Below, piece after piece: positions 53,256-64,000 of a stretch of DNA of 64,000 bases. A program made the position numbers and the translations under genes. The notes under the pieces were generated by a model. It was not told the DNA's origin, ran no database searches, and saw nothing but the letters and a program-made list of their open reading frames with translations. Numbering within the stretch: position 1 is the first letter of the stretch; each line of letters opens with the position of its first letter. Source of the stretch: Octopus sinensis (Eukaryota); NCBI RefSeq assembly GCF_006345805.1, contig NC_043008.1, positions 56,916,001 to 56,980,000 on the forward strand. The letters run 5' to 3'.

Positions 53256-54533
53256 TGATAACAGTATGTTGACTATTGGGTTTAAAAGTATCTATACCAC
53301 ATGCATTCTTTAGAAGAAGCAGGAAAAGAAGACGCGGATGGTTTAATCCAACAACTTCAATATAAACACTCTTATATTGACAGGAATTATTTTATATCCG
53401 ACAAGACATGTTCGTTATATACATTAGTAAAACAAACTGTGTAAAACAAACGACAGCGATGAGTTTCATTTCATGTATCGAATGGATAATATTCTTTCCC
53501 GGATTACACATCGCAACAAAAACATAAACAACCAAAGCCTCTATCACTAAGGCTCGCTTCAATTTGCACAAGCCCTCAATCTTACGCTGCGTGGAACTTG
53601 CCTCTATAAAGTGATCGTACAGAGAGGGCCTATAAAATAATCGTATTGAAATGAATTGTATCATACTTTCTATTAATATATTATATAGTATCAGCATCTA
53701 TACTGTGATACCTCATCATAAATCGTCTTGAAACTTAAGAAATGTGCCAAATACTAGAACTGAACCGAAAACTCATTTCGTATCTCAAAGGAGCCCAAGA
53801 CTATAGTCTATTCCTAACTAAAAAGTAAAATAAACAGCCTGCGATCTGCATATGAAGATCTGAAGTGTTGTGCAGATGTCGTTATCAATAGAAAAATATC
53901 ATATTTGCGTCCATTATGAATTTTCTCCGATGCCGGAAAATCTAAACCTCCTAATACTGATATGATAAAACTTGCGGTGTGGCCACTTCCTGATGACAAC
54001 AGATATGAAACGGCGATTTCTGCAATATATCCCCTATCGGCTGTACTTTGGCCAACGACAATAATTGTGACCAGTATCCTGCCAATACACCATCTTGCTT
54101 ACTGTGTATTTTGTAATAAAGTAGCTAACCAATGACAGTGAAATATCACAGTCCTCATAAGCCTAACCTCATTTGTAAGCTCAATCTCTTGCTTAGCTCT
54201 ATTTCTCTGTTTGCTAGTCTGCCTCTCAATATATATATATATATATTTGTGGGGCGAGGTGTGTGTGTGTGTGTGTGCGTGTGTTAGTGAGTGCGTGGGG
54301 GTTTAAGACCCCGTCTAGTGAAAGGACCAGGTACTTGGAAATCAAAGGACCACACCTGTTTCATATCTTGCAAAAATTCCAGTGTGGTAAAAGGCTTGAT
54401 TACCAAAGGCATGGTTTCTGGTTCCGTCTCACAGCGTGGTGCCTTGACCAACTGTTTTCTATCATAGCCTCGGTCCGAACAAAGCCTTGTGAATGGATTT
54501 GGTAAACGGAAACTGAAAGAAGCACGTCACGTG

Positions 54534-54573
<40 letters not shown>

Positions 54574-54667
54574 AACTGACACATATATATTTAATTTTAC
54601 CTCTTTATCCCTAGGTGTGTGTGTGTTTGTATGAATTTGTGTGTGTCTGAGTATATATATATATATT

Positions 54668-54700
<33 letters not shown>

Positions 54701-55324
54701 ATCTATGTATGTATGTATATATTTAGATAGATAGATAGATAAATAGATAGATAGATAGATATCGATAAACAGACACACATATTCACAGAGAGACAGACAC
54801 ACACTGATGTGTGTGTGTATGATATAAATATATGCACATACCTATGTATTATATATTGGTATAGAGTTTTGGCCAGAGGCCTACTTAAATAAAAAAAAAA
54901 GTCAACTTTTGATGGATACAAATATCGAATTTGCAACTTTTACATAAGTGTATGTGTATGTATGTATATATGTATGTGTTTATGTGCATGCGAGTGTGTG
55001 TGTAAGCACGTATTTGTGTATGTGTGTGTCTGTGTGTGTGTGTGAGTAAGTATATACTTGCATTGATTGTAGTTGCATTAAAAAGTTCTTATGGATAATT
55101 AAGCAAAATTTTATAGCTGATTTTATGAGGTTTCACTGAGATAAAACAGATACATCTTATTATGTACCTGCCTCTTCATCTTTCATAGACATATACAGTT
55201 TATGATCATAGCTAGTTGCAATTGGAAAAAGTAGCTTCCATAAAATTGGATTGTTCTGATTTGCATATTACTCATCGAGTTAACTAAAAAAAGTTTACCT
55301 TTGTACATTTTAAGAGATATACTT

Positions 55325-55540
55325 TTTTACTGTTTTAGTTGTTTTAGTCATTTGACTGCGGTCATGCTGGAGCACCGCATTTAGTCGAGCAAATCGACCC
55401 CAGGACTTACTTTTTGTAAGCCTAGTACTTATTCTATCGGTCTCTTTTGCCGAGCCGGTAAGTTACGGGGACGTAAAGACACCAGCATCGGTTGTCAAGC
55501 GACGTTGGGAGGACAAGCAGAGACACACAATCACACACAC

Positions 55541-55638
<98 letters not shown>

Positions 55639-55690
55639 CATATATACGACGGGCTTCTTTCAGTTTCCGTCTACCAATCCACTCACAATA
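55325..55690 (-). mobile_element. SINE group C lacking head
   Basis: GTCATTTGACTGCGGTCATGCTGGAGCACCGC...GACGGGCTTCTTTCAGTTTCCGTCTACC. Confidence 0.88.
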
Positions 55691-55789
55691 CCAATTAATT
55701 ATTTGAATTAGCGATGAGCGAAATATAATTTATGTATATCAAATCAAAAGTTTTTGTAAAACCACATATTTCTAGTTATGAAGAACAGT

Positions 55790-56640
55790 ATGTAATAGGG
55801 ATCGTAAAGGATGCCCTAATCGGAGAGCTTGTCGCAGGGCGGAGAACCATTGATCGACCGAAGCTGAACTGCAGGGACGTATGCAGGAGGGACATGAAGT
55901 CACTTGGCATCAACACCAATTCCTGGGAGGTCTCGCAGCCGACCGAACCAGCTGGACAGGCACTCTTCACAAACAACTGCAGACCGGCGAGGAGAACTTT
56001 GAAGGTGGCGGCAGCTGAAGACCGATCCCGCAGAAAGAAATGACAGCCAACAGACCGGATTCAACTTATAGGTGTGACCTCAGCAAACGAAACTGCCACT
56101 CTTGCATCGGTCTCTACAACCACAGGAGGCGTTGCAAAACCTTATATATTTCTTAACTGCCCACAAGGGGCTAAACATAGAGGGGGCAAACAAGGACATA
56201 CAAAGGGATTAAGCCGATTACATCGACCCCAGTGCGAAACTGGTACTTTATTTATCGACACCGAAAGGATGAAAGGCAAAGTCAACCTCGGCGGAATTTG
56301 AACTCAGAACGTAACGCCAGACGAAATACCTATTTCTTTACTACCCACAAGGGGCTAAACACAGGGAGGACAAACAAGGACAGACAAACGGATTAAGTCG
56401 ATTATATCGACCCCAGTGCGTAACTGGTACTTAATTTATCGACACCGAAAGGATGAAAGGCAAAGTCAACCTCGGCGGAATTTGAACTCAGAACGTAACG
56501 ACAGACGAAATACCGCAAAGCATTTCGCCCGGCGTGCTAACGTTTCTGCCAGCTCGCCGCCTTTGCATTGCAAAACCTTATAGACAACTCAACGGACGGA
56601 TGACATCATCCATGGTCAGCCATGATCGTCGAAGGCCCTA
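55790..56640 (+). mobile_element. RTE LINE 3' end interrupted by a SINE dimer
   Basis: KDALIGELVAGRR..RPKL..RDVCRRDMKSLGINTNSWE; zinc-finger-like YRCDLSKRNCHSCIGLYNHRRRC; 3' UTR CCATGGTC...GAAGG. Confidence 0.88.
56147..56563 (-). mobile_element. SINE group A dimer with 15-bp TSD
   Basis: TTGCAAAACCTTATA at 56132-56146 and 56568-56582. Confidence 0.95.
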
Positions 56641-56988
56641 AGAACGTAATATGACTTCCAGGAGATAGAAAAGTGACGGAAATAAATCCAGCTAGATTGG
56701 AAATTTTTCAATCTAACAAACGATTGCCTGTTGATGGAGAGACATAACAACAGGTAACGGAGTCTCGAAATCTATTAACATTATATTTCTACTCATTAAT
56801 GAGATGCATATATATAACTTTTAGTGCGTAGGAAAACTAAAGGCTCAAACGCAGCTGTATGGTAAGAAGCTAACCACATGGTTCTAGGGTCAGTCCAGTT
56901 ACGTGGTATTTTGGGCAGGTGTCTTCTACTATATAGCCTTGTGAGTTGATTTGATTGACGGAAACTGAAAGGAGTTCGTCGTGTATAT

Positions 56989-57044
<56 letters not shown>

Positions 57045-57048
<4 letters not shown>

Positions 57049-57230
57049 TAATTTATCGTCCCTGAAAGGATGGAAGGTAAAGTCGACCTCGGCGGATTTC
57101 GAACTCAGAACGTATCAGCAGATGAAATACTGATAAGCATTTCGCCCGGCGTGCTAACAATTCTTATTTCTTTATTTACCATAAGGGGCTAAACATAGAG
57201 GGGACAAACAAGGAAAGACAAAGGGATTAT
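57045..57230 (-). mobile_element. SINE group A fragment pair (tail joined to a following partial head)
   Basis: An A1 tail is followed on the minus strand by GTTAGCACGCCGGGCGAAATGC and the body; microsatellites on both sides. Confidence 0.8.
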
Positions 57231-57639
57231 ATATAAATATATATAAATTATATATAAATTATAAATATAAATTATATATATATATTATATATATATATAT
57301 ATATTAGTGCATGCATATATAGTTGCGTGCGTGCGCACATACACGCGAGTACTGTCCAAATCTCCGACCAATCACATACAGATAGCTGGCATTCAATTGG
57401 CGTATCAAATTTCGGGCATTTTGATTGGGTTTTGGATAGAACATTCACAAAAAATCACTTCTATTGATTTTTTAATGGCTTTGCGGGGTGAATGGGGAAA
57501 TATAAAGATATGCACGACCACCCTTGGACGAGTTTGAATGACCATAGAAAGTGCGAGCCCTCTAACTGAAAAATTGTGGATTTTTATAAAAGATACACAC
57601 ACACACACAGACAGACATTTTGCCGTTTAGATGTGTATA

Positions 57640-57840
57640 TGTGTGTGTGTCCTTGAATCTGTTTTTGTTCCCCCACCACCACTTGACGACCGGTGTTGGT
57701 ATGATTACCCACCGTAACAGAGCGGTTCAACCAAAGAGACTGATAAAAAAAGAACTTAGACTGATTCATTCGACTAAAAATTCTGCAAAGCGATGCCATA
57801 GCATGGCCGCAGTCTCATGATTGAAACAAGTAAAAGAGAA
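57640..57840 (+). mobile_element. SINE group C 3' half
   Basis: CCCCACCACCACTTGACGACCGGTGTTGG...AGCATGGCCGCAGTC...TTGAAACAAGTAAAAGA. Confidence 0.8.
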
Positions 57841-59137
57841 CGGATAAAATAAATTCTTAGACAATAATATTTGACGTAAATATACATAATTTTGCACAAA
57901 CCATCTAATCACACAATATATGATAGTAAATCAAAATATATACAGATGTCATCTGTAATTCACTAAATTATATCAACTATTACAAATAAGTATTCAAATA
58001 ATATCTATTATTTCATTATCTATTTTATGTTTATTTTAGAACATATTTAATTTAATAAATAAATCTAGTTTGAAATTAGCAACTGTAACTTGTCAAAATA
58101 AATTTCCATTTATCCTAAAGTTATAATGGAAGTTTGAAAAACGAACTCGAAATTCAGTGACAGTTGAAGAGAAAGTTTCCATCATACGAATTATAGTCTG
58201 AAGCATATGTAACAGTCCACGAATAAATGATTAAATATTAAAGTCCTTTCATTGATAAATTACCGTAGATGAAATATATGCATAGGTACAAGCATAAATA
58301 CATACATATATGCATGCTTATATATACACACATACACACACAAACACACACACACACACTCACAATAATCAAAGGTCATCTGAAACCGCACGTTTGTTTT
58401 AATCTCGGTAAAGAGGGAGTTTATATTTTAGAAGAATAACAAGTTGCTTCAAATAACTGCCATAGCATTTTCATTGCGAATTTAGCCGTACGTTGATTAA
58501 ATCTGAACTGAGAATCGAAACTAACATATTGTCTTGGCTTTCAATAATCTTCCGTTACTGCTATGAAGAACTCGCTGCGATAATATAAAATATATTTTCA
58601 ATGATCTCCTAAATTAATATCAGCTCTAAAAAACTAATCCAATACATGATTATACGGTAATTCACTTTCAGGCAGAGTGTAAATCATCCTACAGGCCCAT
58701 TTCTAAAATGGTAGAACCAGGTTGAATCAAGAATAACATAGAAGTCTCTATCTTTGATTCACATACTGTTTTGTCTCTCGTACGGCTGCCACTTTCTGAG
58801 GTATTATGGATTCGAACACATTTCACTCTTTATGGGTTAATGTTTATTATTTGTACCGGTAAGATACTGGTTTCGATTTAAATGTTACATAAAAAAAATT
58901 AACATATTCGTAACCATTGACAAAATATGAAATTCCTCAAGGCGCCGGTAATTAAGAACAAACCAAGACGAATTCTATGAAATAAACACGTTTACTCGAG
59001 TGGTCCAATGCTTAGAGTAATTATATGAGGAAAAATATCGCACAATTTTATAGACATTGTGAAAGATAAAATAATAACTACTGCCAAGCAATCAGAAGAA
59101 TATTTCTCTTTATATTTTCCTTAAATTTATATTGTAA

Positions 59138-59942
59138 CTAGCAGTATCGCCCGGCGTTGCTCGGGTTTGTAAGGGAAATAACTATATAAGCATTTTTAGT
59201 GAGTTATAGCAAAAAAATAGCAAAAAAATGCATTAAAAATGGAATAAAAAATTATGGTAATTTTTTTTTTAAATCGTTGACTCATCGTAGACATTTTTAG
59301 AGAGTTACTTCCCTTATATAATAGCGAAAAAATGCATTAAAATGGAAAAAATGATGGTAAATTTTTTTTTTAAATCGTAGACTCGTCGTAGACGCGCGCT
59401 AATACCCAGAAGGGCTCGATATGAATCACGACTATAAGATACCCGGTTTTGGTTAAACTGCACCGCAAAATGTGGGAGTAGTTAGGAACCTAAATCGTAG
59501 GAGACAGACGAATTTGCTTTCGGGCTTTCTTAGCCATTTCTGTTTTGGTGTCTTCAAGCCATGAAGTCGTTGTTCTAAAAGAACGCTGGTCTCCTTGACA
59601 ACGCTTTACGACGTTGATTTCCTTACACTCCCTTCCCCACAGCTTCACGAGGGAGGGAAGAAGGGGGAGAAGCAACACAGGTGCAGGAGTGAGCATGGAC
59701 GCCAACTCCGCCGCCATCGACACACGAAAAAATTGGAAGAAATGGAAAAAAATGATGTAAAATTATTTTTAAAATCGTAGACTCATCGTAGACGCGCGCT
59801 AATACCCAGACGGGCTCGATATGAATCACGACTATAAGATACCCGAATTTGGTTAAACTGCACCGCAAAATGTGGGAGTAGTTAGGAATCTAAATCGTAG
59901 GAGACAGACACTCACACAACTTCACTTTTATATATATATAGA
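59138..59942 (-). mobile_element. Non-autonomous Helitron
   Basis: Minus strand A|TCTATATATA... start and ...CCCGAGCAACGCCGGG hairpin + 8 nt + CTAG|T end; inserted between A and T without TSD. Confidence 0.85.
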
Positions 59943-60558
59943 TTTTCTGAATATACTTTATTGCTAATATGACTATTCTTTTCTCTCAGTACAGAGAGGA
60001 ATTATTCCAGAACCTCATATGATGTACATTACTGCCAAACATCTTTAGTTGTGGAGTAAGCATATCAATAAAAGCATATTTTTATCGAAGTGTCCATGTC
60101 GTAACTACGGATTTTATTAAACCCGTAACTGGGAAACTATCATTATACAGGAATGTTGTGCCTGCAATCTCGTGATTTCTTTTTCAATATCGTTTTTACC
60201 CTATGATCCATTGCATTTTATTATCATGTTTACACGATCCTGCCGTATTTTATTATTTTTATTTGGACAAGATATTTAGGTTTTATAACTAATTTAATTA
60301 TGTATTTATGTATACTGGCAAATGTTCGTTTTGCACGAAATCTATAAAACCCTAATTAAATAACGGATTCGAAACTCATAAACAAAGGTGACACATTGAC
60401 TCCGTGACAAACCGGCAGGTTAACAACTGTTTGCGCATGTAGATATGATTTGTTGTGATATGTGTATCTGCGTGTGCGGTCGTGCATGCGCGTGTGCGTG
60501 TGTGTCTTTGTGTGTGTGTAGAGAGAGAGAGACAGTGACGGTAGTAGTTAGATAAATG

Positions 60559-60592
<34 letters not shown>

Positions 60593-60597
<5 letters not shown>

Positions 60598-60889
60598 CCA
60601 GTGGTTAGGGCAGCGGACTCGCGATCGTAGGATCGCGGTTTCGATTCCTAGACCAAATGTTGTGAGTGTTTATTGAGTGAAAACACCTAAAGCTCCACGA
60701 GGCTCCGGCAGAGGGTGGTGGCGATCCCTGCTGTACTCCTTCGCCACAACCTTCCCTCACTCTTTCTTCTGTTGGTCTGCTCGCTTAGCCACCAGGGTGG
60801 CGTCATTTGAAGGCTAAAATAATGCAAAGCGCATTGTGACCAGCGATGTGTAGCAACATCTGATAGCCTAGTCGATCACGGTGGTCACG

Positions 60890-60893
<4 letters not shown>
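60593..60893 (+). mobile_element. SINE group B (head H1 + tail T3)
   Basis: Head nearly identical to 34290 up to CCACAACC..CTCACTC, then a different 3' module ending GATCACGGTG. Confidence 0.85.
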
Positions 60894-60951
<58 letters not shown>

Positions 60952-60954
60952 ATA

Positions 60955-61150
60955 TAGATATATAGTTTATCCAAACATGAATAAAGAGAAAACACAACAA
61001 TGCAACGACGTGGAACAAGTATAGTGTTTTGGGACGCTCAGGATAGGAAAGAAAGAAGGAGGATTTAACGTTTCGAGTGGACCTCTTTGTCAGTAACATA
61101 GAAAAAGGAAAAGTCCAAGGAAGGGTAGACGGAGAAAGAAAATCGGCAAC
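60955..61150 (-). mobile_element. Decayed Penelope-like terminus related to 9200
   Basis: Minus strand CTGACAAAGAG GTCCA CTC GAAACGTTAAA...TCCTGAGCGTCC, then (TA)n. Confidence 0.5.
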
Positions 61151-61778
61151 GACACACACACGTACATATTTGTGTGTGTGTGTGTGTTAAAACAGAAGAG
61201 AAAATGTTCTGGAAAACGTGGAATAAATAAACGGAGAAATATGTTTACAGTTTTATCAACATATGATACCAGTTTCAATATTCCAATGGCTAAACTGTCT
61301 AGTCATGCAATTAGAGAAGACATCCAAAAATTACATTCATCATATGAAATTTGTTCGAAAAACAAGAAATTTTGAAAACTGAATAAATGAAAAATTAGTT
61401 TTGTTTAATTCCATTTAATTTCTACTTTTATTATTTCCTAAATTAAAGTGCCTTACACACTTGCAAACGTTGCCTGTATGTGTTACATCCTTGTTATATA
61501 TCTCTGTGTAATATATCATTATGTATCGAGGTGAGAAGTATCACTGTAATGCAGTTAGGTTTTCTTGTATCATTGTTCATATATACATTGGTGAGATATA
61601 CCACTGGCATATTTTCACTGGTGATTTAAAATGGATCTATGGGTACGTGAAATATTCTGAGATTTTGTACAGATATCGGAAATATCACTATCATGTATAA
61701 TGTTAAAATACGTTATAGTTTACAGAGTTGCAATGTGTCTGTCTATAAGTTGCCTTTCCCATCCACTCAGGATGCTCA

Positions 61779-61843
<65 letters not shown>

Positions 61844-61857
61844 TATATATATACGTG

Positions 61858-61902
<45 letters not shown>

Positions 61903-61935
61903 ATATATACGTGTATATATACATATATATATATA

Positions 61936-61977
<42 letters not shown>

Positions 61978-62285
61978 TATATATATACATATATATAACT
62001 TTGAGGGATATTAGTATCTAATAAGATACGATTGTTATGTAGTTAGGTCGGTTGTGTTATTGTAATATATATACCAAAGATATATTACTATTTATAAATA
62101 GTAAGATATATGAGATGTATATGTTTGTTTTATATTTGTGATAAATCGCTGTAAACAATACTGCTGAGATACGCCATTCATGTGTGTCTGGGTGTAGTAT
62201 ATCAACAATATATTTGTGTGTGTGGATTGCATGTGCATGTGTATGAAGTATGCATATGTATATATATATATATAGAGAGAGAGAG

Positions 62286-62342
<57 letters not shown>

Positions 62343-62422
62343 TACACATATATGTATATACTTACAGATATGCATATATACGTATAGATATATATATACA
62401 TATACAGACACTCAGACACACA

Positions 62423-62507
<85 letters not shown>

Positions 62508-62540
62508 TCATATACATATAAATATCTATATACGTATAGT

Positions 62541-62754
62541 TTTTTTCTACTGTTTGCACAAGGCTAGAAATTTGGGGAAGGGGACTCGTCGATTTCATCG
62601 ACACCAGTGTTTCACTGGCACTTAATTTATCGTCCCTGAAAGGATAGAAGATAAAGTCGATCTCGGCGGATTTCGAACTCAGAACGTTGAAACAGACGAA
62701 TTACTGCTAACCATCTCGCCTGGCGTGCTAACAATTCAGCCAGCTCGCCGCCTT
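62541..62754 (-). mobile_element. SINE A2 with ~11-bp TSD
   Basis: TATACGTATAG on both sides. Confidence 0.88.
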
Positions 62755-63549
62755 ATTTCTATACGTATAGACATACACACACAGGCATCCACATATATAT
62801 ATCCTTACTATTCATCTCTGGTCATTTCCGATATATATAATTGTCATGTAGATTGAGAAGATATTCTATTGTTACATATAATGTGAGATATTTATTTATT
62901 ATGTATATAGGGGCGACGCAGCATTCTTATGTATCTGGGTGAGATATATATCATTATTACTTCATAATAAATCGTTCCCGATAGTTGGAATTCAATATTC
63001 AGTAGTGACTATATTATACATATTTAACTGTGCAAAACACATTGTTGAATATATGGAAATGACGCCAAGAGATCTGCATCTTCCTTTCTTAATTTATGTA
63101 TTCTTCCGACATAATCCCAATACTTTAGAGATTTAGAACTTCGAACTTATTCGTAGATATATTCTAATCTATTCTAATGCATTCCTGTTTATTTCAGTAA
63201 CAATGTATCAGTTGGCGACTGTCAGTTTGGCATCACCAATGGTAATTTATAAACGTAGATATAAACGACACTTTGTCGCACAAAATTACAAATATACTCA
63301 CATGCACGCATACACATACACACACACATATACACACACAGAACTTGTTTTCCCTCTCCATCTCGCTTTCACTCTTTCTGTCTTTCTCTCACTTATACAT
63401 AGCCATACATACTTATGTACATAACAGTTATAATTGTGTGAATATGAAAGCGCTGCACATATTGAATTCTTTATCTATATCTAACTAATTTTCACTATAG
63501 ATATATAGATACATACGTACATGCATACATTCATACATACATACATACA

Positions 63550-63580
<31 letters not shown>

Positions 63581-63661
63581 GAGAGAGAAGGAGATGGCTG
63601 GATGGATTAATGGAACCAAACGAAGTAATGTTATTACCTATACAATCTTACATTCACATAT

Positions 63662-63665
63662 TCTT

Positions 63666-63758
<93 letters not shown>
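63662..63758. repeat. Compound (CTT)n(ATT)n microsatellite
   Basis: Direct repetition. Confidence 0.97.
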
Positions 63759-64000
63759 TCGTAACACAGTGTAGGTAAAAATGCACCGGAGACTTTAGTC
63801 TTCCGTCAAGACATAACAAGGACCTCAGACAGATAATACTTTCCTTAAGATGTGCACTCTGCCCAATAAGGCTGTTTTTTACAAGACATCAGTCTTGCAC
63901 GCGATTTTCAGTTGCCTTAAGAAGTTTTGAAGTTTCAGTGAGACTGAGCCCAACGCTCTGATCACCACTGGTATCACTTTTACATTACCCTCTCGAATTC

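Noticed and set aside
53989-54020. CTGATGA...GAAAC hammerhead-like word pair
   Set aside because: Stems I and III cannot be formed and no NUH site is positioned correctly.

Overview
This is AT-rich eukaryotic intronic or intergenic DNA, saturated with (TA)n/(CA)n microsatellites and retroposons. The SINE families look like those of an octopod cephalopod; this is inferred from remembered repeat sequences, not from a search. No protein-coding gene can be recognised with confidence, and most ORFs in the track are microsatellite translations. Supported content: three groups of tRNA-headed SINEs (several with 11-17 bp target-site duplications, some multimeric); fragments of CR1, RTE, RTE-X, R4/Dong and Penelope-like (GIY-YIG) retroelements; a non-autonomous Helitron; a Tc1-like end; a ~545-bp four-copy tandem array; and a 100-N gap. 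The most striking pattern is a set of fold-back elements next to (TA)n tracts whose arms carry outward-reading type I hammerhead ribozyme motifs (3532-3669 and 38162-38293, decayed versions at 8586-9025 and 36872-37336). There is also a stand-alone hammerhead with a large branched stem II (6855-6979) and a perfect 86-bp hairpin (49070-49250). All structures were folded by eye and many repeat boundaries are approximate.
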